DNA of 24,000 nt, taken from positions 17,405 to 41,404 of the forward strand of contig DAIEGL010000177.1 in the NCBI GenBank assembly GCA_027356255.1, in the 5' to 3' direction. The notes under the pieces were generated by a model, which had not been told where the DNA came from, ran no database searches, and saw only the letters and a program-made list of their open reading frames with translations. The translations under genes were made by a program, and so were the position numbers. Each line of letters begins with the position of its first letter. Position 1 is the stretch's first letter. Shown piece after piece: positions 8,645-15,429 of this stretch. This DNA is from Geobacter sp. (GTDB taxonomy: Bacteria > Desulfobacterota > Desulfuromonadia > Geobacterales > Geobacteraceae).

Positions 8645-9424
8645 ATGAAACTCACAGCATTACTAATATCGCTATCTCTTCTCGTTTCAGCGGTTGCTTC
8701 TGCCAATCAGGCGCTTGCCATTGGAGAAAACAAATCATCTCAGACCATTGCAGCTATTTCGGAGGCGCAAACCATGGACAAAAATCAGGCACTGAGTGTC
8801 AAGCAACAAGGGATTATTCCCATTGCCGCGTTTACCGCCAAGGGCGATCCGGAAAAACTGAAAGTCGCCCTGAATGAAGGTCTGGATGCCGGCCTGACCG
8901 TGAACGGAATCAAGGAAATACTGGTGCAACTGTACGCGTACACCGGCTTTCCGCGCAGCCTGAACGGTCTCAATACCTTCATGGGTGTTATGGAAGAGCG
9001 GCAGAAGAAGGGGATCAAGGACGAGGCAGGCAGGGGGGCAAGCCCCTTGCCTGCCAATAAAAGCAGTGTCGAGCTTGGAACGGACATTCAGACGCGGCTG
9101 GTAGGAAAGCCGGTCACCGGGGCGATATATACCTTCGCTCCCGCCATCGATCAGTTTTTGAAAGGCCACCTGTTCGGGGATATCTTCGGGCGAGACAATC
9201 TGGATTTCCAGAGCCGTGAGATTGCTACCATTTCCGCTCTGGCCAGCATGGATGGCGTCAATCCCCAACTGCAGGCCCATTTCAACGTCGGGCTTAATAC
9301 CGGCCTGACTGAGGCGCAGCTAAAGAGCCTGATTTCTGTTCTCAGTGCCAAGGTTGGTAAGGATGAAGCCTGTAACGCTCGTGAAATATTAGGTAAGGTT
9401 TTGAGCGGCAGAAAGTCCTTGTGA
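8645..9424 (+). CDS. carboxymuconolactone decarboxylase (AhpD-like) family protein with a Sec signal peptide
   Basis: MKLTALLISLSLLVSAVASANQALA is a signal peptide. Two CMD-type repeats are present (IKEILVQLYAYTGFPRSLN; SREIATISALASMDGVNPQLQAHFNVGLNTGLT). Confidence 0.7.
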   Translation: MKLTALLISLSLLVSAVASANQALAIGENKSSQTIAAISEAQTMDKNQALSVKQQGIIPIAAFTAKGDPEKLKVALNEGLDAGLTVNGIKEILVQLYAYTGFPRSLNGLNTFMGVMEERQKKGIKDEAGRGASPLPANKSSVELGTDIQTRLVGKPVTGAIYTFAPAIDQFLKGHLFGDIFGRDNLDFQSREIATISALASMDGVNPQLQAHFNVGLNTGLTEAQLKSLISVLSAKVGKDEACNAREILGKVLSGRKSL

Positions 9425-10554
9425 TGAAACGAATTCTTTTCTACGTCGTAATTTTTGGAGTCTTTATTGTTATGGCATCTTCGCTCATCAATAACAGCAA
9501 CACTGCCCTGGCACGGTCACCCCTATCCCTCGAAAGCGACCTGAAAAATCCCGTCATGGTGACAAAGGGTGGGCCGCTTGAACAGGCTCGCATCATGTGG
9601 GATTTCTTTTTCAACAAACCTGCGGACACGCGTCCTTCTGGCAAAATCCCGGTACAGACATTGACCGGAGCGCAGTTGACGTCCGCCACGAACAATACGG
9701 TTTATCGACTGGGACACTCGACCGTCCTGATGAAGCTGCATGACGTCTTCTGGATAACCGATCCTATGTTCTCCGACCGGGCATCCCCGGTGCAGTTTGC
9801 CGGGCCGGAGCGGTTTCACGCGCCCCCCATCAGCATCGACGAGCTCCCGCCGATCAAGGGGGTCATCATCTCCCACGACCATTACGACCACCTGGACCAT
9901 GATTCCATCATGAAGCTGGCGGGGAAGGCGGAATATTTCCTGACGCCGCTCGGGGTGGGAGACATCCTTGTCGACTGGGGGGTGCCGGCAGCAAAGGTGC
10001 GGCAACTGGACTGGTGGGAGGGGATTGACATTGACGGCATCCGTTTTGTCGCCACGCCTGCGCAACACTTCTCCGGTCGCGGCCTTTTCGACAAGAATAA
10101 AACCCAGTGGGCTTCATGGGTCATCCTTGCCCCTGAGCAGCGCCTGTTCTTCAGTGGCGATTCCGGCTACTTCGACGGCTTCAGGCAGATCGGCGAGAAA
10201 TACGGCCCCTTCGACCTGACCCTGCTGGAAACGGGCGCCTACAACGCAAACTGGCCGAAAGTCCATATGCACCCGGAAGAGAGCATCCAGGCGCATCTCG
10301 ACCTGAAGGGCAAGCGCCTGCTACCGATCCACAACGGCACCTTTGATCTCTCCATGCACTCCTGGCGGGAACCGTTCGACAGAATAGCCGCCCTGGGTAA
10401 TGCTCGCGGCATTCCGGTCATTACCCCCCTGATGGGTGAACCGGTGAGCATGCACGGCATCACGAATGGTCGGCGCTGGTGGGAAGATCCGGACAGAGTC
10501 AAAGAAACAGAGCTGGTGCAGGTTAAGGGACAACCGGCAGCCGAGCAGCTTTGA
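9424..10554 (+). CDS. MBL-fold metallo-hydrolase (NAPE-PLD-like), N-terminal signal/anchor
   Basis: The ATG overlaps the stop of the upstream gene (TGATG). The N-terminus is hydrophobic (ILFYVVIFGVFIVMASS). The metal motif is ISHDHYDHLD. Confidence 0.8.
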   Translation: MKRILFYVVIFGVFIVMASSLINNSNTALARSPLSLESDLKNPVMVTKGGPLEQARIMWDFFFNKPADTRPSGKIPVQTLTGAQLTSATNNTVYRLGHSTVLMKLHDVFWITDPMFSDRASPVQFAGPERFHAPPISIDELPPIKGVIISHDHYDHLDHDSIMKLAGKAEYFLTPLGVGDILVDWGVPAAKVRQLDWWEGIDIDGIRFVATPAQHFSGRGLFDKNKTQWASWVILAPEQRLFFSGDSGYFDGFRQIGEKYGPFDLTLLETGAYNANWPKVHMHPEESIQAHLDLKGKRLLPIHNGTFDLSMHSWREPFDRIAALGNARGIPVITPLMGEPVSMHGITNGRRWWEDPDRVKETELVQVKGQPAAEQL

Positions 10555-10585
10555 AAGGCTTCTGCAGGTTCATCTGCGGGATCGA

Positions 10586-10619
10586 CAGCCCGCCCGGCAT
10601 GGGCGGGCTGTTTGTCTTT
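10586..10619 (+). terminator. Rho-independent terminator of the DUF362-CMD-MBL operon
   Basis: Perfect 10-bp stem CAGCCCGCCC / GGGCGGGCTG with loop GGCAT, followed by TTTGTCTTT, 32 nt after the MBL stop. Confidence 0.75.
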
Positions 10620-10692
10620 ACGAGCACTGAATCGCCCCCAAAAGTCCGGACACTCGCGCTTGAGATGCCCAACTCCCCAGCTCGCATACCAA

Positions 10693-11085
10693 TCAAATCA
10701 GCTCCTTGCTCCAGAATTGCATGGGGTGGTCCCGTTTGATGCCATCGGTCTCACGCCAGATGAAATGAGTGGTTACCCCGTGGAGTCGGACAAACTCGGT
10801 ACGGGCAAGGAATCTTGTGATGGGGATGTAGTCACGCGGGCGCAAGGGGTGATCGTCGGGCTGCTCAACCGTGGCGCAGGTGAGTCTGCGGTAGCGGCCG
10901 AGAGAACGGATGTTGCTTTCCAGTAGGGCAAGCAGCTTCCGGCCCAGTCCACAATTGCGGTAGGCCGGGCGAAAGAGCAGTTCCCCGACGTAATATGTCT
11001 CGTTGAGCGGAAATGTTGTCCCGGCAAAGGCGTCAAGCATCTGGGCGTCTTCATGGATAAGAGGCATGCCCGTACTCCCCGTCAA
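10693..11085 (-). pseudogene. GNAT family N-acetyltransferase, apparently 5'-damaged (frameshift and/or truncation at the island edge)
   Basis: The ORF carries the acetyl-CoA motif RNCGLGRKLL only about 45 residues from its start, so the N-terminal third of a GNAT fold is missing. Beta-strand-like sequence (TLVFIGSVAIGLTVYEMTEYVEVRHIDGEYG) continues upstream in another frame (track ORF 11051..11272). It then runs into the AT-rich island. Confidence 0.45.
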
Positions 11086-11249
11086 TATGTCGAACCTCCA
11101 CGTACTCGGTCATTTCGTAGACGGTGAGTCCTATGGCTACACTGCCGATGAACACCAAGGTAGGCCGTGACGGTGACCACAAGTAGGAATTGTGGTTGTC
11201 ACCCCTCGCTTTCTCTCGCTCATCAACCGTACGACGCCATAAGCACAGA

Positions 11250-11597
11250 ATGGAGCAGGACGAAATAAACAAAAAAATCTGTGCTCACCAGAGCGCCAAC
11301 CGAAATTATATTGATCAAGGTATCAGTGTACTAGAACTGGCGCAAAATGCTGCTGGACGGTATTCTATGGAAGAAGTGGCTAAAAAAAGAGAAATACTAA
11401 AATCAGTGCACTCGAACTCCACTTGGAAGGATGGGCAACTCGTGTCTGATTACAGGAAACCCTTTGACCAACTTGCACTTACGAGCCATGCCTATAGAAA
11501 GAAAAAGGTCGCTTTTCCTGAGAAAAGCGACCTTTGTACGTTTTGGCTCCCCAGCGCGGACGGTTCTGGGCACTGGGAAGAGCGCTTATCGCTGTAA
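11250..11597 (+). pseudogene. C-terminal fragment of a second (older) serine recombinase
   Basis: HQSANRNYIDQGISVLELAQNAAGRYSMEEVAKKREILKSVHSNSTWKDGQLVSDYRKPFDQLA resembles, from memory, the conserved C-terminal tail of one class of large serine recombinases. No catalytic or zinc-ribbon part is present. Like the intact recombinase, it reads W-L-P across TGGCTCCCC in the same frame. Confidence 0.45.
11544..11561 (-). repeat. degenerate copy of the tRNA-Asn 3' end (left island boundary repeat)
   Basis: TGGCTCCCCAGCGCGGAC versus TGGCTCCCCAACCCGGAC at 18453-18470: 16 of 18 nt match, in the same orientation. Confidence 0.6.
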
Positions 11598-11647
11598 CGG
11601 TTTGGCTTTGACCCGCCGGTTTTTGGGGCGGGTCGTAAGTGTTGGAA
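11592..11647 (-). repeat. attC-like folded recombination site C (56 bp)
   Basis: Minus strand: TTCCAAC-ACTTAC-GACCCGCC-CCAAAAACC-GGCGGGTC-AAAGCCAAACC-GTTACAG. It has an AAC-ending left box, a GTT-starting right box and a perfect 8-bp stem. It is alignable to sites A and B, with compensatory changes in the stem. Confidence 0.5.
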
Positions 11648-11728
11648 TTGACTTCTTTCCCAGTTTGATTACGGCTCGTAATTCTTTAATAGCAACATAG
11701 CGAGCAGCGTCCACCACCAGAGGACCCT

Positions 11729-12166
11729 TTATTCCAATCGGGTTACATTGATTGTACTACTGACTCCATCAACCTTGAGTTTGTAACTTCCGCCGGAAAT
11801 GTAGATTATTACTTTAGGTCGATAAGAATAATGGTAGGTGTATGCGTAAGACGACTGTTGCCAGATTTGGCCATTCACTAACCTGAAAATTGTTTCACCA
11901 CTCCAACCTTCAAATGAGCCGTCAATTTGGCTTTCAACTACCCCAGAGTTTACAGTGTTTGGTGCAGAATACGTTGATTGTGGTTCTGTATTTTCTTTCG
12001 TTCTACGCCGTAATTCGGGCTCTTTTTGTCTCACTTCGGTGGATGTTTCTCCAATGCATACAGCTTCTACGCTATCTCCATGGTCAATAATCTTACATTC
12101 TGAATAAGACAATTTTGTTGCCATAATTATTGGCATCGCTAGGCATACTGCTAATACAATTCTCAT
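11729..12166 (-). CDS. secreted hypothetical protein (signal peptide plus conserved-looking C-terminal beta domain)
   Basis: The track ORF is 11729..12310. I start at MRIVLAVCLAMPIIMATKL, a signal-like N-terminus. The C-terminus is IDGSFEGWSGETIFRLVNGQIWQQSSYAYTYHYSYRPKVIIYISGGSYKLKVDG. No family was assigned. Confidence 0.55.
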   Translation of the reverse strand: MRIVLAVCLAMPIIMATKLSYSECKIIDHGDSVEAVCIGETSTEVRQKEPELRRRTKENTEPQSTYSAPNTVNSGVVESQIDGSFEGWSGETIFRLVNGQIWQQSSYAYTYHYSYRPKVIIYISGGSYKLKVDGVSSTINVTRLE

Positions 12167-12246
12167 AATATTCCCCATTGAGTGATGAAGAGTAGTTCCG
12201 TCCCCCATATTTGAGCACTTCTTCAACCAATATCTGTTGCTTGACA

Positions 12247-12696
12247 CTATCCAGGAATAATTATGAAAGTGGCTGGATCTATGCCAAATGCCTGAAGCAT
12301 CCTTTGGCACCTGCGGTTTAGTTGTGCGGCATTTTCATTGGTGTCCACAATGATATCAGTTCCCTTTATTCTTTCGTATCTGTGTTTAAAATCAGAAACA
12401 GATTTAGAAAAGTACTTTTTTGTTCTCCCCTGAATCTGAAAAAGGTCATCCGCCTGACTGGGAAATTTTCTTATAATAAGATGCGTTAATTTTACAAATA
12501 CATCTTTATGTGATTCAGCTTCGTGCATCCTATTGTCAAAAATGAATCCAGACACACCTGTCCCAGTTAGTTCTCCTCTATTTTTACTGAGATCAATATT
12601 TATTTTAGATAGTAACGCCAGGGCTTTGGTCTGCTCCTCTGGTTCCATTTTTTGTAAGTTGATTCGTAGATCTTCAAATGTATTCTTGACGCTCAT
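12247..12696 (-). CDS. hypothetical protein (149 aa), first ORF of cassette C
   Basis: SD GGAGGG lies 4 nt before the ATG, and the start is 20 nt after the GTTGGAC box of site B. No recognisable motif. Confidence 0.6.
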   Translation of the reverse strand: MSVKNTFEDLRINLQKMEPEEQTKALALLSKINIDLSKNRGELTGTGVSGFIFDNRMHEAESHKDVFVKLTHLIIRKFPSQADDLFQIQGRTKKYFSKSVSDFKHRYERIKGTDIIVDTNENAAQLNRRCQRMLQAFGIDPATFIIIPG

Positions 12697-12716
12697 TTGT
12701 CCCTCCTGAAGTTATA

Positions 12717-12777
12717 GTCCAACGGGGCCGGCCTTCACCTGTCAGGTTTTAGGGCAGGTGAAAGGACGTGGTTATAC
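12717..12777 (-). repeat. attC-like folded recombination site B (61 bp)
   Basis: Minus strand: GTATAAC-CACGT-CCTTTCACCTG-CCCTAAAACCTGA-CAGGTGAAGG-CCGGCCCC-GTTGGAC. The stem is 10 bp with one extrahelical base. The right box fits GTTRRRY exactly. Confidence 0.6.
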
Positions 12778-12866
12778 CTCGCCGTTATTGCCGTTTGGTG
12801 TACTTCAATAGGTTGTCTATTTCTTTTACTATCAAGGAAGGGTTCGTATAAACGTCACCCTGACAA

Positions 12867-13154
12867 TCATTCGGCGGGTGAATGACCTATTTTTGTGAGC
12901 TTAATTTCTGGGGCAAACTCGTATCCAATTTCAGTATTGTCTGAAGCTAATTCAGCAATCCATCCATATTGTTTAAGCCAGTTCAAGAAGGCTTCCATGT
13001 TTAGTTTGTTGAGTCCAGACATTTTTTCATGTGGGCCGTTTGGAAAGGCATTAGATGCTTCGCTATAGTGGATCAAAAAAACAAACTTTTTCTCTTTGTC
13101 AGCTTCAACTAACGCTTTGCGGATAGCATCAATCCATTTTTGGCTGTCGGACAT
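12867..13154 (-). CDS. hypothetical protein (95 aa), second ORF of cassette B
   Basis: The track ORF extends to 13253, but the internal ATG 13154 has SD AAGGAG 7 nt upstream and avoids overlap with the previous ORF. Product: MSDSQKWIDAIRKALVEADKEKKFVFLIHYSE... No family was assigned. Confidence 0.5.
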   Translation of the reverse strand: MSDSQKWIDAIRKALVEADKEKKFVFLIHYSEASNAFPNGPHEKMSGLNKLNMEAFLNWLKQYGWIAELASDNTEIGYEFAPEIKLTKIGHSPAE

Positions 13155-13209
13155 TTTGTTTCTCCTTTTGGGTTTAATCCGGGCCTTAAACCCGAAAAGT
13201 TCTGTTAAT

Positions 13210-13401
13210 TTATTTTTTGTCCCGCAACTTTTCAGCGGCTTCGCGTTCTGCATCTTCTTCTGCTATCAGATCGTCAATCGTAGGAGGGTGTGATTTGTCC
13301 CATTCTTCGTTAAATTTAGCGTCTCTGTCATCTTCATTTCTTTTGTTTAAAAGATATGCGATGGCACATAAGGCAGCAAAAATTAACCATAATACGTTCA
13401 T
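13210..13401 (-). CDS. small membrane-anchored protein (63 aa) with an acidic tail, first ORF of cassette B
   Basis: SD AAGGAGG lies 7 nt before the ATG, and the start is 22 nt after the GTTATGC box of site A. It has an N-terminal TM segment (VLWLIFAALCAIAYLL) followed by a highly charged tail. Confidence 0.55.
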   Translation of the reverse strand: MNVLWLIFAALCAIAYLLNKRNEDDRDAKFNEEWDKSHPPTIDDLIAEEDAEREAAEKLRDKK

Positions 13402-13423
13402 ATCAAAACCTCCTTTATTGGGG

Positions 13424-13484
13424 GCATAACGTGGTGAGCCTTCACCTGCCGGTTTTCAGGGCAGGTGTAAGGCGTTGGTTATGT
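13424..13484 (-). repeat. attC-like folded recombination site A (61 bp)
   Basis: Minus strand: ACATAAC-CAACG-CCTTACACCTG-CCCTGAAAACCGG-CAGGTGAAGG-CTCACCAC-GTTATGC. CATAAC and GTTATG pair. The stem has one extrahelical base. The TAA stop of the 61-aa ORF lies inside the ACATAAC box. Confidence 0.6.
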
Positions 13485-13664
13485 ATTCGGTTTTTCTTTA
13501 CAAAATGCGCCAATAGTGAAAAGACCGAAAATAACCGCGCCAACAAGACTAAAAATTTTTCCTAAAGTGAGTTGAGAAAAAGGAACGCTGAAAATACCTT
13601 CTGGGTAGAGAAAATAAGCTATTGTTCCAAAAACAGCGGCAAAAACAATCCTAGCATATATCAT
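13479..13664 (-). CDS. small two-TM membrane protein (61 aa)
   Basis: SD GAGGG lies 5 nt before the ATG. There are two hydrophobic helices (IVFAAVFGTIAYFLY; IFSLVGAVIFGLFTIGAF). Confidence 0.5.
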   Translation of the reverse strand: MIYARIVFAAVFGTIAYFLYPEGIFSVPFSQLTLGKIFSLVGAVIFGLFTIGAFCKEKPNT

Positions 13665-13764
13665 GATTACCCTCGCTTATTAGACACTTGATATTTTGCT
13701 TATTTATCGTGAAGGAAAGTCATTTACTTTTAACGGAGGTTCGCTGGTTATGAATCGAGATAAT

Positions 13765-14109
13765 CTAATGCATTACTTTCTGGGGTGTTGGCTCGTTTTG
13801 GCGACTTTTATTATATGCGGGGTCGGCTACCACTTGATTCACGGCTGGATTAGAGAAATGGGATGGCTCCCTCTGAGTAAATTCTTTGTACGCAAGGTAA
13901 AGAGTCAAGATAAGGATGGCAGCGGTCATGGCTAACATCCAATTGTCAGACCTTCCCTTTCTTCTATGTAACTCAACTTCGGCTTCATGTCTTTCCAGGC
14001 CGTTATAATTACCACCGTCAGGAGGTATTCCGTCAATGATGCGAAGTAACTGCTTATCTTCCAGCTTTCTGAAGTGTTTTGTACTTTTGATAACCTCTTC
14101 ACGTTCCAC
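13765..14109 (-). CDS. hypothetical single-TM protein (114 aa, GTG start), first ORF of cassette A
   Basis: GAGG lies 5 nt upstream of the GTG, and the start is 21 nt after the GTTATGT box. It has a soluble N-terminus, a TM segment (WMLAMTAAILILTLYLAY), then a tail. Competing ORFs exist in other frames or on the other strand (13932..14120 minus, 13696..13935 plus), so frame choice is uncertain. Confidence 0.35.
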   Translation of the reverse strand: MEREEVIKSTKHFRKLEDKQLLRIIDGIPPDGGNYNGLERHEAEVELHRRKGRSDNWMLAMTAAILILTLYLAYKEFTQREPSHFSNPAVNQVVADPAYNKSRQNEPTPQKVMH

Positions 14110-14130
14110 ATATGCCTCATTTCTTTAATT

Positions 14131-14137
14131 ACATAAC
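14131..14137 (-). other. array-proximal GTTATGT box (candidate attI-type crossover point)
   Basis: Minus-strand GTTATGT is the exact complement (7 of 7) of the ACATAAC left box of site A, which lies 647 bp downstream. No hairpin precedes it. Confidence 0.4.
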
Positions 14138-14263
14138 TCGTAATTGATCAGACCCGGCCATCATCCCACCAAATCTGATTCTTCTGCATTAGTACTAAAA
14201 CACAATTGACGTAACCATCTAAATTTATTATAAACACCATATCAATAAATATTCCAATTTGAG

Positions 14264-14285
14264 TGTTGGCCGTTACTGGCCAACA
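14264..14285. repeat. perfect 8-6-8 dyad TGTTGGCC-GTTACT-GGCCAACA (candidate tyrosine-recombinase core-type site)
   Basis: 8-bp perfect inverted arms around a 6-bp spacer, lying in non-coding DNA between the recombinase gene and the first cassette. The arms contain GTTGG/CCAAC, the same pentamer as the boxes of sites B and C. Confidence 0.35.
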
Positions 14286-14468
14286 TACCGGATGTTTTCA
14301 GTCCTGAACTTTTATCGACTAAATGGTTGTCTTCAAGTTCAATCTGTGTAGGCTAATATTCATTAGCCCGCAATATAATTCAGCGTAGAACAAATGTCAA
14401 AGGAGATAACATGCTTCTAATCCCAAATGCGGTGTTTATCCGGTATATTACGCATCTCAGTTCACGTA

Positions 14469-14502
14469 ATGTTGCTACAGACCGTTAATAGATGTTGCTA
14501 CA
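14469..14502. repeat. two direct copies of ATGTTGCTACA, 23 nt apart start to start
   Basis: Exact 11-mers at 14469-14479 and 14492-14502, immediately next to the recombinase terminator. They could be protein-binding (arm-type or DR-type) sites. Confidence 0.35.
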
Positions 14503-14503
14503 C

Positions 14504-14555
14504 AAAAAAAAGGGGCTTGTCCGTCGTTGCCAAAGGCAGCGGCGGACAAGCCCCT
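14504..14555 (-). terminator. Rho-independent terminator of the tyrosine recombinase gene
   Basis: Perfect 13-bp stem AGGGGCTTGTCCG / CGGACAAGCCCCT. On the minus strand it is followed by a T run of 7-8. It starts 12 nt after the stop codon. Confidence 0.8.
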
Positions 14556-14566
14556 CTTCACATTGT

Positions 14567-15376
14567 TTACTTGTAGTGCTGGGTTACGCTCTCCCGGCTA
14601 TGGCCGAGATACTCTGCGATTTCTTTATCAGGTTTACCTTCCCTGTCCCGCTGTTGAGCGGCTTCGTGCCTATACAAGTGGAGATTCGCCATATTCTCTT
14701 TAGTAGCTCCTGCGCGATTGAGCTCGTTTGAAAATTTTTTGAGACCCTGTTTAAGCGATAGGTTGGAAGGAATCAGCGATTTCTGTCCATTGTCCTTAAT
14801 ATATTGCAGGACTTTTTGCACTAAATCTTTTTGATCCTGTCTTTCAATGGGAACATCACGAGGCCGACCGCCCTTTGCTCCCGCAACGACTATCCGCTCT
14901 TGCCCGTCTTTAACTATGACTAGGTTTGAAAGAAGAGCTTCTTCTCTGCGTAGACCAAACCCTTTTGCCATGTCACATGCTAGCCCCAGCCATTCATCCT
15001 TTGCATAGAGCTTGTCTCGGGCGTCAGTCATTTTATCGAGGTCACCATGTTTTGGTTGGTACCTGTCTGACCGGTCAATCCCAAGGTCAATGTTATGACG
15101 TGGTACTATGTTGTCTTTGCCGATGGCGTGGGCAATTTCGCGCATTGCTGTCATGTAATTAGACCTTGTGCTCGCCGATAAATTATCATTTTCAAGTTTC
15201 TCAATAAATCGCTCCACATGCTTTGTTTTCATGTCGCGTATTGACTGCAGCCCCTGCGTTGACATGAAATCAGCAATACGTCCGATATTGCCAACCAGTT
15301 TCTGCGTAGTTCCTGAACCCTTGCCATAGTTTTTACCGACCAATCGCTTTGCCTCATTTCCCAGTTTACTGCTCAT
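14567..15376 (-). CDS. tyrosine recombinase/integrase (short, non-IntI type)
   Basis: I start at MSSKLGNEAK, with SD AAAGGAG upstream. Catalytic signature in order: GLRREEA (Arg), KGGRPRDVPI (Lys hairpin), HLYRHEAA (H-x-x-R), LGHSRESVTQHYK (His...Tyr). The protein ends one residue after the Tyr. Confidence 0.8.
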   Translation of the reverse strand: MSSKLGNEAKRLVGKNYGKGSGTTQKLVGNIGRIADFMSTQGLQSIRDMKTKHVERFIEKLENDNLSASTRSNYMTAMREIAHAIGKDNIVPRHNIDLGIDRSDRYQPKHGDLDKMTDARDKLYAKDEWLGLACDMAKGFGLRREEALLSNLVIVKDGQERIVVAGAKGGRPRDVPIERQDQKDLVQKVLQYIKDNGQKSLIPSNLSLKQGLKKFSNELNRAGATKENMANLHLYRHEAAQQRDREGKPDKEIAEYLGHSRESVTQHYK

Positions 15377-15429
15377 AGTTGTTCTCCTTTCCTGTTGTAG
15401 TGTGCCAAAAGGGTTGAGTGAATTTGCCA

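Noticed and set aside
11592-13484. The three 56-61 bp repeats as a CRISPR array
   Set aside because: The repeats are too long and internally strongly self-complementary. They are only about 80 percent similar to each other, and they are separated by 0.65-1.1 kb segments that contain ORFs with SD sequences. No cas genes are present.
13728-13753. Possible fourth, decayed attC (minus strand TCATAAC-CAGCGAACCTCC-GTTAAAA) between the two ORFs of cassette A
   Set aside because: It shares the left box and the CA(A/G)CG spacer with site A, but it has no stem-loop and is only 26 bp. It is too weak to call, though it may be a deletion remnant.
12723-14136. Cassettes A and B both measuring exactly 707 bp
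   Set aside because: The two units share no obvious sequence or ORF similarity apart from their attC-like ends, so I treat the equal length as coincidence.
14567-15376. Calling the tyrosine recombinase an integron integrase (IntI)
   Set aside because: It is about 269 aa and ends right after the catalytic Tyr. The interval between the Lys hairpin and HxxR is too short to hold the IntI-specific extra domain. The N-terminus looks like plasmid/ICE-type integrases instead.
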